Shown: positions 24,895 through 37,380, numbered from the whole stretch's first letter. The stretch is DNA of 63,880 nucleotides, filler included, from Octopus bimaculoides (GCF_001194135.2; 7 parts of 6 records of this genome joined end to end with filler, not necessarily neighbours in it), one strand, 5' to 3'. A program made the numbers and translations. The notes: generated from the letters alone by a model not told the origin.

Positions 24895-25235
24895 ATTAAA
24901 TAAAATGATTCAACAAAACCAAAGCAGTATGAAATTTCCAGGACATTTATAAAGAGAAAGGTAGTCTTACAGCTGTTTCAGAGATAAAAAGATATTTCAT
25001 CATTAGAGACGATATGAGGGAGTTAAATAGAAGAAAATAGTAGAGTTCCATATAAGAAGTTATTTTGGAAAGGGAGAGATATAGGAAGTATAAAGGGAAA
25101 TATGGGAATAAAAATATTTTATTTTTATTTTTATTCTCATATTTTCGTTTAGTTTTATTATCATATTTGCCTTATACTTCTTATATCTCTCCCTTTCCAA
25201 AATAATTTCTTATATTGAACTCTATTATTTATTAT
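24895..25235 (-). mobile_element. Non-coding element with hammerhead-like motif (24964-25010) and ~66-bp inverted repeat; Penelope/retrozyme-like
   Basis: Minus strand: GTCT-CTAATGA-TGAAATA..TATCTCT-GAAAC-AGCT-GTA-AGAC. Arms 25038-25104 and 25162-25227 are near-perfect reverse complements. Confidence 0.55.
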
Positions 25236-25250
25236 ATGTATATACATAAA

Positions 25251-25442
25251 CACGAATAGGTGCTGAAAAGTTCCGGGCCTTAATGAACTTTCGAGTTCTT
25301 TTACAGGGCTTAAAAAAATCGAAGGACTGCTGCAATAAATGTGTGAATGTGAGAGGGGAATATGTTGAATAAAATCATAAATAACTGATCCTCATATATT
25401 TTCTTTTGCTCAAAGCCAGAGATTTCCAGTGCCCCTTCATAT
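25251..25442 (+). mobile_element. Mariner-derived MITE, older copy
   Basis: TIR-like ends GTGCTGAAAAGTTCC / AAAGCCAGAGATTTCCAGTGCCCC; interior matches 27001-27218. Confidence 0.7.
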
Positions 25443-25859
25443 ATATAGTAAAATAAGAATTCAGATAAAATCAGATACTTGAATAGATATGCACCAGGTA
25501 GGGTTGGATAAACCTGTGGTTCCGGTTTATGGTTGTTAAGTATCAAATAGAATATTCCGGTTGTGTACAGAGAGAAAACCAATCCTATGAGTATTTAACG
25601 CTAGTCCAAATCAAGCGTGACGTTGAATAATACGTTGTTGGTATACTCTAGGGTGTCCGACAAGTCGTAAATCCCCTTGGTGCATTATAATCAAATGAAT
25701 AATAACAGATGATAGATAATTGTCAGCTCATATGAGCTGACAATTATTCATCGTATGTNNNNNNNNNNNNNNNNNNNNNNNNNNNNNNNNNNNNNNNNNN
25801 NNTTAATTAATTAANNNNNNNNNNNNNNNNNNNNNNNNNNNNNNNNNNNNNNNNNNNNT

Positions 25860-25995
25860 TTCGGGTGGCTAAGTGTTGAACCGGTTCCAGGTGCTGAATG
25901 TCTTTCTGGAGATACGGGTTTGAGAATGGGTCGAACTAGAGTGACATATAAAAGCTGAAAGACATCCAAGTGCTCAAATGATCTGTTCACAGTGA
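25860..25995 (-). mobile_element. CR1/L2-group LINE RT C-terminal fragment
   Basis: RSFEHLDVFQLLYVTLVRPILKPVSP resembles the CR1-type LY..LVRP.LEY.SP motif. Confidence 0.55.
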
Positions 25996-25997
25996 TC

Positions 25998-26218
25998 AAA
26001 TGTTTGAGCTGCACATCAGCTCACTCTCTCCATCAAATCGACGTTGTCTGAACAGGTGCAAGGTGTACCACGCGTCAGGTATTGAAGTGATCGTAGAGCA
26101 ACGTGAGACGAAGTGTTTTGATCGAGAACACAACGCACCACCCGCTCTAGGAATTGAAACCACGATCTCGCGGCGATTGTGAGTGCAACATCCTAACCAC
26201 TGAGCCATGCGATCTCAC
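25998..26218 (-). mobile_element. tRNA-headed SINE (fourth family)
   Basis: Reverse complement begins GCATGGCTCAGTGGTTAGGATGTTGCACTCACAATC...GGTTTCAATTCC (A and B boxes), followed by a non-tRNA body. Confidence 0.7.
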
Positions 26219-26224
26219 TCACTA

Positions 26225-26285
<61 letters not shown>

Positions 26286-27000
26286 GTCTGTCTGCCTGTC
26301 TGTCTGCCTGTCTGTCTATCTATCTATCTATCTATCTCTGTATGTATGTATGCATGTATGTATGTATGTATGTATGTATGTATGTATGTATGTATGTATG
26401 TATGTATGTATCTATCTATCGTTACCTCTCTCTCTCTCCATGCACACACATATACACACACACCAAGGCAGAATCAAGTATATTGCTTGAATACACAGTT
26501 TGTATGTTTCAGGGTGTACCCTCATTCTGACAAACTCTTTCTTATCAGATCTTATAGACTTAAATTCTGGAAATTTACGCCACCACAAGATTAATGGACG
26601 CAATTAATAGTGAGTCACAGATGTGAGTGAATTGTTATCTTTATATTAACATTGGCTTTTTGAAATTAATCTAATGAATTACATCAAAAGGTAATGTAAA
26701 TTAACAAGTAGTTAACTGTCTGAAGTTTAATCTTGTACTGATGTAAATTTTTAGAATTTAAGAATGTAACTAAGGTCTGATAACGAAGTTTTCCAATAGA
26801 GTCCACGGTTATTTGCTTAAATTTTATCTGTTTAATCCGACGGCGGAGTAAAATTTTAAAATTTAAGCACCAATTTGTCGAAGTGGAGGTATCTGGTGAA
26901 AACTTCAGACCTTGTATTCAGGCAATTCACGGATATATTGTTTTGGGCTTCAAAATGATGTTTCTATCTGTGAATAAATTTAGTCTTAGTAGCAATTATG

Positions 27001-27218
27001 TACGAGGGCGTGCTGAAAAGTTCCTTGCTTTACGGGGAACACGAAAGGCCTGGCCGGAGGCCTAACCATCCGAGTTCATTTACAGGGATAAGAAAAATTG
27101 AAGGATCGCTGCAATAAGCGTGTGAATCTGAGAGGGGGAATACATTTAATAAAATCATAACTGATCCTCCTGTATTTTCTTTTGCCCAAAGCCAGGAACG
27201 TTTCAGCACCCTCACGTA
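27001..27218 (+). mobile_element. Mariner-derived MITE with ~30-bp TIRs and TA ends
   Basis: TA-CGAGGGCGTGCTGAAAAGTTCCTTGCTTT ... AAAGCCAGGAACGTTTCAGCACCCTCACG-TA; the interior keeps a remnant of the mariner C-terminus (DRCNKRVNLRG). Confidence 0.8.
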
Positions 27219-27393
27219 GGGTCAGCCTCGCTTTAGAATCTACAGTTTAATATCAAAATCATTTAAGTACCAGATATAGTTTGACAAAGGTGTTGTGAAT
27301 TTGTTTTTTTCAGCATGTCTCAAGGCCGAAGAATGTTTTTTTTAGCCTTTGAGCTTCTTCAACTAAGCATCTGGCATTTAATTAAAAATACAC

Positions 27394-27566
27394 ATAGGTT
27401 CTCAGTTTCCGTCCACCGAATTCCCTCACAAGGCATTGATTGCTCATCTCGAGGCTATATAACAAAACACTCTTGCCCAACCCCAGGGTGGAGCACAATG
27501 GGCCTGAACACAAAAGCAACTGATAGAAAAAGCAAACTTCCTTACCACACAGCTATCAGTAGGTGC
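27394..27566 (-). mobile_element. SINE family C
   Basis: Reverse complement of the family C consensus, diverged. Confidence 0.65.
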
Positions 27567-28138
27567 TCTTTATTTATTCTTTAAATTCTTTTAAAATTAC
27601 ATGTCCCCTGTGTATGCATGTGTGCATGTATTTTTGTATGTGTACACGAATGTAGGCATGTGTGTTGTGTTGTGTGTGATTTACGTGAGTGAATTTATAT
27701 AGTTTGACCTCTGTCACATTAACATAACAATATTAATTAAATGTTAACGACCGAAATGAAAGAGGGAAGAATTTGTACCGTACATGAGTTCTGCATTTGC
27801 ATGTAATATATGTAAACAGGGCAAAACATTATTGGCAATGATGACAACAACGACGACGATGGCGGTGGTGTTGGTGATGATGACGATGATGACGTTGACG
27901 ACGACTGTGGAGATGTTGGTGGCGGTTGTGATGATGATGACGGTGATGATGATGATGACGATGATGATGATGACGATGATGGTGATGATGATTATAATGG
28001 TGTTTAGGGGTTGTGATGATGGTGGTGGTGGTGGTAATAACGACAATGATGTGCCGCGTAACGATGACGATGGTGACGACGGTGTTGGATGGTGGATGAG
28101 AAGATGAAGTAGTAACAGCAGAAGCAACAGCAGTAATT

Positions 28139-28218
<80 letters not shown>

Positions 28219-28220
<2 letters not shown>

Positions 28221-28421
28221 GCGAGCTGGCAGAATCGTTAGCACGCCGGGCTAAACGCTTAGCGGTATTTCGTCTGTCTTTACGTTCTGAGTTCAAATTC
28301 CGCCGAGGTCGACTTTGCCTTTCATCCTTTCGGGGTCGATAAATTAAGTACCAGTTATGCACTGGGATCGATGTAATCGATTTAATCCCTTTGTCTGTCC
28401 TTGTTTGTCCCCTCTATGTTT
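28219..28421 (+). mobile_element. SINE family B, young copy running into a gap
   Basis: GCGAGCTGGCAGAATCGTTAGCACGCCGGG...GAGGTCGACTTTGCCTTTCATCCTTTCGGGGTCGATAAATTAAGTACCAG. Confidence 0.85.
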
Positions 28422-28934
28422 NNNNNNNNNNNNNNNNNNNNNNNNNNNNNNNNNNNNNNNNNNNNNNNNNNNNNNNNNNNNNNNNNNNNNNNNNNNNNNN
28501 NNNNNNNNNNNNNNNNNNNNNNNNNNNNNNNNNNNNNNNNNNNNNNNNNNNNNNNNNNNNNNNNNNNNNNNNNNNNNNNNNNNNNNNNNNNNNNNNNNNN
28601 NNNNNNNNNNNNNNNNNNNNNNNNNNNNNNNNNNNNNNNNNNNNNNNNNNNNNNNNNNNNNNNNNNNNNNNNNNNNNNNNNNNNNNNNNNNNNNNNNNNN
28701 NNNNNNNNNNNNNNNNNNNNNNNNNNNNNNNNNNNNNNNNNNNNNNNNNNNNNNNNNNNNNNNNNNNNNNNNNNNNNNNNNNNNNNNNNNNNNNNNNNNN
28801 NNNNNNNNNNNNNNNNNNNNNNNNNNNNNNNNNNNNNNNNNNNNNNNNNNNNNNNNNNNNNNNNNNNNNNNNNNNNNNNNNNNNNNNNNNNNNNNNNNNN
28901 NNNNNNNNNNNNNNNNNNNNNNNNNNNNNNNNNN

Positions 28935-29265
28935 GGTGCTCTTATGTTTACTGTATTGAAAGTGTTTTGCGTAGAATGTGTGCAGTACCCAGTAGGGCAA
29001 TTTTCTGTATGTTATATATATTTGTAAGTCCTGGTATTTTTGTTATGTATTTGTCTGAATATTTTTTTATTATACTTAAGGCACCTACTATGATAGGAAT
29101 TGTTTCTGTTTTTAGATTCCACATTCGAGTTACCTCTATTTCCAGGTCTTTGTATTTTGAAAGTTTTTCCATTTCTTTTAGAGAAACGTTGTCATCTGCT
29201 GGTATTGATACATCAATTAGAAAGCATTTTTTTTCTTCATGATCTTTGACAACTATATCTGGTCT
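28935..29265 (-). mobile_element. R4/Dong-like family D1, RLE C-terminal fragment
   Basis: RPDIVVKDHEEKKCFLIDVSIPADDNVSLKEMEKLSKYKDLEIEVTRMWNLKTETIPIIVGALS...LRKTLSIQ* in one open frame. Confidence 0.9.
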
Positions 29266-29344
29266 CACACGCAACCAAACACATATGCATGTACACACAC
29301 GCACACACATACACACACACACACACACATATACATATGGCTAC

Positions 29345-29425
29345 CTCTGAAGAGCACAGGGTTACATAACTGGACTGTTACCTAACACTCTGTTGAACAC
29401 CGAGTGTGAAACCAATTGGTAAGAT
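29345..29425 (+). ncRNA. Hammerhead-like motif with long stem II
   Basis: CT-CTGAAGA-GCAC...GTGT-GAAAC-CAATTG-GTA-AG; stem III is the palindrome ACCAATTGGT; stem I is weak. Confidence 0.45.
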
Positions 29426-29438
29426 CATCCCTAATGGA

Positions 29439-29505
<67 letters not shown>

Positions 29506-29514
29506 TTTCAATGT

Positions 29515-29606
29515 ATGCCATCAAAGTGACACTGGGGTAAAATATACGAAGTCCAATATACCCATCATGACTACCTGTCTGATAAGGGTACACCAGGCAC
29601 ATGCAT
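29515..29606 (-). mobile_element. Repeat family E 3' fragment after (ATT)n
   Basis: Matches 18295-18385. Confidence 0.75.
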
Positions 29607-30544
29607 NNNNNNNNNNNNNNNNNNNNNNNNNNNNNNNNNNNNNNNNNNNNNNNNNNNNNNNNNNNNNNNNNNNNNNNNNNNNNNNNNNNNNNNNNNNNNN
29701 NNNNNNNNNNNNNNNNNNNNNNNNNNNNNNNNNNNNNNNNNNNNNNNNNNNNNNNNNNNNNNNNNNNNNNNNNNNNNNNNNNNNNNNNNNNNNNNNNNNN
29801 NNNNNNNNNNNNNNNNNNNNNNNNNNNNNNNNNNNNNNNNNNNNNNNNNNNNNNNNNNNNNNNNNNNNNNNNNNNNNNNNNNNNNNNNNNNNNNNNNNNN
29901 NNNNNNNNNNNNNNNNNNNNNNNNNNNNNNNNNNNNNNNNNNNNNNNNNNNNNNNNNNNNNNNNNNNNNNNNNNNNNNNNNNNNNNNNNNNNNNNNNNNN
30001 NNNNNNNNNNNNNNNNNNNNNNNNNNNNNNNNNNNNNNNNNNNNNNNNNNNNNNNNNNNNNNNNNNNNNNNNNNNNNNNNNNNNNNNNNNNNNNNNNNNN
30101 NNNNNNNNNNNNNNNNNNNNNNNNNNNNNNNNNNNNNNNNNNNNNNNNNNNNNNNNNNNNNNNNNNNNNNNNNNNNNNNNNNNNNNNNNNNNNNNNNNNN
30201 NNNNNNNNNNNNNNNNNNNNNNNNNNNNNNNNNNNNNNNNNNNNNNNNNNNNNNNNNNNNNNNNNNNNNNNNNNNNNNNNNNNNNNNNNNNNNNNNNNNN
30301 NNNNNNNNNNNNNNNNNNNNNNNNNNNNNNNNNNNNNNNNNNNNNNNNNNNNNNNNNNNNNNNNNNNNNNNNNNNNNNNNNNNNNNNNNNNNNNNNNNNN
30401 NNNNNNNNNNNNNNNNNNNNNNNNNNNNNNNNNNNNNNNNNNNNNNNNNNNNNNNNNNNNNNNNNNNNNNNNNNNNNNNNNNNNNNNNNNNNNNNNNNNN
30501 NNNNNNNNNNNNNNNNNNNNNNNNNNNNNNNNNNNNNNNNNNNN

Positions 30545-30587
<43 letters not shown>

Positions 30588-30649
30588 GTATATGTACAAG
30601 TATCTCTTGACTCCCTCCCTCATTGTCTCTCTTCCTTTCTTTCCAATTC

Positions 30650-30763
30650 GTTTTGTCTTTTACAGATGTGTTCTTCCTGACTCCTCCTCCTCCTCCTCTC
30701 GCTTTCTTTACCTCAACTTGTTCTGTTTCACAGATGTCACCCTCGTCAACCACTTTCTCTCTC

Positions 30764-30812
<49 letters not shown>

Positions 30813-31225
30813 TTCTTAACTCCCTCCCTCTCTATCTCTCTTCCTTTCTTTCAACTCGCTCTGTCTTACAGATGTGTTCTCCCCTCCGCCTCTCTCCCTC
30901 CCACTCTATCTCAATTCGTTTTTTTTCACAGATGTCTCCCTCGTCAACCTCTCTCTCTCTCTCCCTCGCTGTCTCTGTCTGTCTCTCTTTGTCATAGATG
31001 TATCCTTCCTCTGTCAAGACTCGTCTCTCTCTCTCTCTCTCTGTTTCACAGAAACATCTGTCTTCTCCCCTCTCTTTCGTTTCCTCTCTCCTCCTCCTCC
31101 TCCTAACCTTTTCCCCACTCTTTCTCTTTCTCTCCCAACTGTCACACAGATGTCTCCCTCCAACACCTTCCTCACCTCTCTCTCAACTCGTTCTGTTTCA
31201 CAGATGTATCCCTTGTCTCTCTCTC
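30650..31225. repeat. Degenerate CT-rich minisatellite with a recurring YYYCACAGATGT motif (~8 times)
   Basis: TTACAGATGTG, TTCACAGATGTC, CTTACAGATGTG, TTCACAGATGTC, CATAGATGTA, TTCACAGAAAC, CACACAGATGTC and TTCACAGATGTA at roughly 50-135 nt spacing. Confidence 0.7.
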
Positions 31226-32233
31226 TCTCTCTCTCACTTATCCTCTCTCCCTCGCATCTCCGAACAACTCTGCTTCAAGCATCATCATCATCAACAGCAT
31301 CATTGCCACCGCCACCACCACCACCACCACCACCNNNNNNNNNNNNNNNNNNNNNNNNNNNNNNNNNNNNNNNNNNNNNNNNNNNNNNNNNNNNNNNNNN
31401 NNNNNNNNNNNNNNNNNNNNNNNNNNNNNNNNNNNNNNNNNNNNNNNNNNNNNNNNNNNNNNNNNNNNNNNNNNNNNNNNNNNNNNNNNNNNNNNNNNNN
31501 NNNNNNNNNNNNNNNNNNNNNNNNNNNNNNNNNNNNNNNNNNNNNNNNNNNNNNNNNNNNNNNNNNNNNNNNNNNNNNNNNNNNNNNNNNNNNNNNNNNN
31601 NNNNNNNNNNNNNNNNNNNNNNNNNNNNNNNNNNNNNNNNNNNNNNNNNNNNNNNNNNNNNNNNNNNNNNNNNNNNNNNNNNNNNNNNNNNNNNNNNNNN
31701 NNNNNNNNNNNNNNNNNNNNNNNNNNNNNNNNNNNNNNNNNNNNNNNNNNNNNNNNNNNNNNNNNNNNNNNNNNNNNNNNNNNNNNNNNNNNNNNNNNNN
31801 NNNNNNNNNNNNNNNNNNNNNNNNNNNNNNNNNNNNNNNNNNNNNNNNNNNNNNNNNNNNNNNNNNNNNNNNNNNNNNNNNNNNNNNNNNNNNNNNNNNN
31901 NNNNNNNNNNNNNNNNNNNNNNNNNNNNNNNNNNNNNNNNNNNNNNNNNNNNNNNNNNNNNNNNNNNNNNNNNNNNNNNNNNNNNNNNNNNNNNNNNNNN
32001 NNNNNNNNNNNNNNNNNNNNNNNNNNNNNNNNNNNNNNNNNNNNNNNNNNNNNNNNNNNNNNNNNNNNNTCATAGGTCATTATAAAGCTTTTACAATGGA
32101 TCATCTTTTAGCTCTTATTTAAATCGATATACATACAAAAACTCACTTGTGAGTATTTTACTACGTTTGATAACATACAATATTTTTACCAAATTTTGGT
32201 ATAAATCTATAAATACATATATATACATATATA

Positions 32234-32610
32234 AGCCAATGCGGGACACCTCTACATGGTAGCTATACCTATTAAAAGTAGCTGCCAAATCTCCCTCAAA
32301 TTACACCTTACTGTCTATCTATGAATGTGTGTGTGTGAGCCAATGCAGGAGACCTCTACATGGTAGCTATACCTATTAAAAGTAGCTGCCAAATCTCCCT
32401 CAAATCACATCTTACTGTCTTATCCATGAATGTGTGTGTGTGAGCCAATGCAGGAGACCTCTACATTGTAGTTATACCTATTAAAAGTAGCTGCCAAATC
32501 TCCCTCAAATCACACCTTACTGTCTTATCCATGAATTTTTGTGTGTGTGAGCCAATGCAGGAGACCTCTACATGGTAGCTAGACCAGTTAGAAATAGCAG
32601 CCAAATTTTC
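32234..32610. repeat. Tandem array of a ~105-bp unit, 3.5 copies
   Basis: AGCCAATGCAGGAGACCTCTACATGGTAGCT... starts at 32234, 32338, 32443 and 32550; each unit ends in (TG)n. Confidence 0.92.
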
Positions 32611-32891
32611 CGTAGACCACACGCTCGTCCATCTTAAATAAAGGATACATTTGAATAATTCGTTCAACTTCCCCCATGTACAGAGAAAAACACGGGATGG
32701 TTACGGTTGGGCTGGCTTTGATTGTAATGTAAGTTTCTTCGATTTCATGGTTGACTTGGGGGTCAACCATCTGATAAAATCTAACGCTGCTCCAAACCAA
32801 CTAAGAAGCTCTGACGAGGTCTCTCGACAAACTAGAAACACCAGCCAAATCTTGATAAACTCACAGCATTCGTATTGCGTAAAAGGATGGT

Positions 32892-33052
32892 CACGGTTAT
32901 GGTCGTGTGGTTAAGAAGGTCACTTTACAACCGCATGGTTTCGGGTTCAGTCCCACAGCGCAGCATCATCTTGGTCAAGTGTCTTATACAATGACTCAAG
33001 GTCGTCTTTGTCAGTTGTTTTGGCGATCGGAAACTGCGTGGAAGCCTGTCGT
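32892..33052 (+). mobile_element. SINE family C
   Basis: GGTCGTGTGGTTAAGAAG...GGTTTCGGGTTCAGTCCC...GGAAACTGCGTGGAAGCC then (TA)n. Confidence 0.75.
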
Positions 33053-34068
33053 ATATATATATATATATATATNNNNNNNNNNNNNNNNNNNNNNNNNNNN
33101 NNNNNNNNNNNNNNNNNNNNNNNNNNNNNNNNNNNNNNNNNNNNNNNNNNNNNNNNNNNNNNNNNNNNNNNNNNNNNNNNNNNNNNNNNNNNNNNNNNNN
33201 NNNNNNNNNNNNNNNNNNNNNNNNNNNNNNNNNNNNNNNNNNNNNNNNNNNNNNNNNNNNNNNNNNNNNNNNNNNNNNNNNNNNNNNNNNNNNNNNNNNN
33301 NNNNNNNNNNNNNNNNNNNNNNNNNNNNNNNNNNNNNNNNNNNNNNNNNNNNNNNNNNNNNNNNNNNNNNNNNNNNNNNNNNNNNNNNNNNNNNNNNNNN
33401 NNNNNNNNNNNNNNNNNNNNNNNNNNNNNNNNNNNNNNNNNNNNNNNNNNNNNNNNNNNNNNNNNNNNNNNNNNNNNNNNNNNNNNNNNNNNNNNNNNNN
33501 NNNNNNNNNNNNNNNNNNNNNNNNNNNNNNNNNNNNNNNNNNNNNNNNNNNNNNNNNNNNNNNNNNNNNNNNNNNNNNNNNNNNNNNNNNNNNNNNNNNN
33601 NNNNNNNNNNNNNNNNNNNNNNNNNNNNNNNNNNNNNNNNNNNAAGTCCTGGGGTCGATTTGCTCTACTAAAGGCGGTGCTCCAGCATGGCCGCAGTCAA
33701 ATGACTGAAACAAGTAAAAGAGTAAAAAGAGTAAAGATTGACTTAGCCGTTCGGCCAGGCTAGCAGATGATGGATAGAATACAGTGTCAGACATCAAACA
33801 AGAAAGAAATACGCGCTGGGGTTAGACTTGTTCGACAAACACCTTTTAGGGCTGTGCCCCAGCTGGGCCGCACTCCAGTGACTGAAACAAGTGACGTAAG
33901 AGAGAAAAAAAAAGTTTTCTGGTTCAAGGCCTGACGTAGTGTTGAACTACCTAACTACTACTACTACCACCACCACCACCACCACCACTACTACTATTAC
34001 TACTACACACACACATCACCCCACCAGCACCAAGGCCACTACCACCGAGGCCACCACCACCACAAACG

Positions 34069-34101
<33 letters not shown>

Positions 34102-34654
34102 TGCCCTTACATACCACACGCATACTTCTATCTCACGCTGCGCCTCTCTCGCTCACTGTTTCTCTTTCTACTTCTCACGCCCGCTTTTACAACATACAGT
34201 TTTATCTCTCCCCCACCCTCTTCCCTCTCTTTCTCCCCTACCCCCCCTCTCTCTCTCTAAATATATATATATATATATGTCTACACCCCCCGTCCCCCTC
34301 CCTATCTCTTCATTCTCTTATCCCTGTATGTAACATTAAACACGGTATATGTACTTTTAAGACAGCTGCATCCGACACACAAACAAATATACAAGAACAC
34401 ATACATACATACATACATACATACATACATACATACATACATACATCCTTATCGCCACCCTCCTTCTCTCCCTCCCTCCATCCATCTATTCATTCATCCA
34501 TCCATACATCTATCCATCGGTACATACATACCTACATACATACCTACATACATACATACATACATACATGCATATTACATACATACAAACATATACACTA
34601 AATACAAACAACATACGTACATATATACATACAAACACATATACACACAGACAT

Positions 34655-34704
<50 letters not shown>

Positions 34705-35478
34705 NNNNNNNNNNNNNNNNNNNNNNNNNNNNNNNNNNNNNNNNNNNNTTAATTAATTAANNNNNNNNNNNNNNNNNNNNNNNNNNNNNNNNNNNNNNNN
34801 NNNNTATTCTGATGCGCACTCTATACGATCTTTTTACTCTTTCGTTTTTCTCTCTTATTCATTTACCTCTTCTCCCACTATTTTATCCTATTCCTCTGTC
34901 ACTCTCTCTCTCTCTCACTCCTCCTCCCTTGCTCACGTGACTCACACGTGACTATCGGCCATCTTTCTTTCTCTTCTGAAACAAGGAAGACGTATTCTTG
35001 TCTGTCTCCTCTCCAAGCTTGATTTACGCGTTCGCCACCACAACCTCGTTTAGGCTTAGCAGCCCTTCCTGTTTCTGTCACTGTCTGGTTTCTGTTACCA
35101 ATTTTGACCCTCTGCAAGATCCCAAATTTTATTCAGTTTGCTTTGCCGGAGCAACTGTTTTATCGAAAGCATATATAGTTGTTAAATGCTCGAAATACGA
35201 GAGTAGAAAAACAGCCAACAACTGATGAAGGGTCGTTCTTTATGTGTTGTTTGTCTTGTTTTCCTTTTGTGTCTTTCGTTGTTCGAAAAAATANNNNNNN
35301 NNNGTTTTCCTTTTGTGTCTTTCGTTGTTCGAAAAAATAGTTCATATTCCATGTACTCGTACTTCGTATTTTTTTCTTGTACACGCTTCATGACGTCCTG
35401 TGCCCACATATTCATATATATATATACGTAAGTATGTACATATACGTATGTATATATGCATATATATATTATTTATAT

Positions 35479-35512
<34 letters not shown>

Positions 35513-36029
35513 TGTATATATATATATATAAGTAGACACACATGTATAGATACGTACTCATACATAGATTTATATCATATATAATATTATTCACACACAC
35601 ACACACGCACGCACACATTCATATGCACATGTGCGCGTACGTGCATGTAAATGTATGAGCGAATATGAGATAGATAGATAGATAGAAAGACAGACAGAGA
35701 GAGGGTTAGAGAAAGCGAGAGACAAAGTGAGAGAGAGAGAGTCAGACATCTAGATAGAGGGAAACACAGACACATAGAAATGGGAGTTGATTCAAACAGA
35801 TGCAGGGTAACAATATTATATGTATATTTTTGCTTTGTTTTGTTTTATTCGTTTTATTTTAGTAAGTTGTTTGTTTAAAATTTTTTCGGAAGCACCTACC
35901 AAAATGATATATGTTTCCCGCAACATCGTTATCTCTTTCAGAAACAATTCCAGAAATGTTCAGCTGCTTTGAGTTCCGCTTCCACATTCTTCGTATTCAC
36001 TGTTCAAATGTCATCACATCAGTTTGGCT

Positions 36030-37380
36030 TATTTATTAATTTTCTTTTATCTTCTTTCATTTTTTAAAGAACATCTCGTCACACTAGATACTCCGAAATT
36101 ATTAGAACCTTGCTCCATGCCATCATTCTTCAGTTTCCCAACTAGAATATTATCATAAATCACCTTAAACAAAAAATAAATAATAAAAGATAGTAGAATT
36201 TTATTAGGAATTCCTTAAAGAAAATAGAGAACACACTTCATAATGCATTCTTGGATATATACATAAGGACCGTAAGATTGTGGCCAGACATTTTTTAGCT
36301 AGGCCTGTTCGATCAGAACAAAATATCAACTTCAAGTGAAGGTGCACGTTGGTTTGCTTAACTTTCGGTTTTTCTTCTCTGTTAATTGCTTTCTCAAGGT
36401 ATTTGTAAGTTCTAAAAAATAACATCCTTCATAGTTAGCTATCGCACTTTGATACATTAGCTGGAGCAAACAAGTTGAATTCTTGGGGATATATTTTACT
36501 CTCACATTATCAGAAAGCTCATTTAAGTTCACTGGATGGCTGAATGTGCTGTCGAAAAGAAGCAATGCTATGTTGGGAACACTATGTCTCTCACTGTACC
36601 TTGCTACAGCAGAACAAAAAAGAAAATGCCTGAAAACCACTCTTTAAAAGATTTCTTAGTCATCCATGCCCTTCTTGGTTGAACGTCAAATCAGAGCCAA
36701 ATTAAACTTTGCGTAACTCTTAAAAGCCGTTTGATTTTCGGAGCGATATATGAGTAGGGGCTATAATTTCATATCACCAGCGGCATCTCCTCTCAAGAAG
36801 AAGCGTCAGATGGTTTTTGGATGTTTTAAATCCTGGTATTGATCTTTCTTCTCGACAAATATAAGTTCTAGCAGACGTGAGCTTCATCAGTATTTTATTC
36901 TTACTCTGATCTATAACCTCCTTCAGCAATCATTCTTCTTCAGCTTCTCGGGAGACTTAGGAGCAGCTTTTGTATCAGCACTGGCTGCTTCAAAAGTCAT
37001 TTTTATGTTGTGAAAGTTCAAGAGCTTCTTAAAACTTCAAGCAAGCCTTTAGTTTCCGGGAAAATTTTTTTCACATTCCTTTCCAGCAAATCGTCGTACA
37101 AACCTTCAGGACTTCTTTAATTACCATTATGCTTATCAACACATGTTGAGTCAGATCTGCAATTCATAAACCTATTTAAAGCATCACATTGCATCTATGA
37201 AAAAATGTTTCGAGCAGTTCTCTCTATTGTCACGTACTACTCTTATAAACGTTGCAAGCTTTAATGTTTTGGCAATGTAGCTGATATTTTTTCTCTAACA
37301 TCAAGCCAGTCTAAAACATCTAACTTAATATCTAGTTTAATCCATTTATGCTTTCTTTTCACGCTAGTACCTTCAGTCCG
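36030..37380 (-). mobile_element. Decayed pogo/Tigger (CENP-B-like) transposase
   Basis: Across frames: KRKHKWIKLDIKLDVL (HTH), GDAAGDMKL*P..YRSENQTAFK, and LLLFDSTFSHPVNLNELSDNVRVKYIPKNSTCLLQLMYQ (DDE_1-type LLLDNAPSH...LP.NTTS.LQPMDQ). Many stops and frameshifts. Confidence 0.8.

Noticed and set aside
27744-28362. Met/Thr/His-rich ORFs (similar cases at 33939-34601 and 54729-55142)
   Set aside because: Translations of trinucleotide microsatellites.
32805-32845. CTGACGAG...GAAAC hammerhead-like words
   Set aside because: No NUH cleavage triplet or stem I/III in register.
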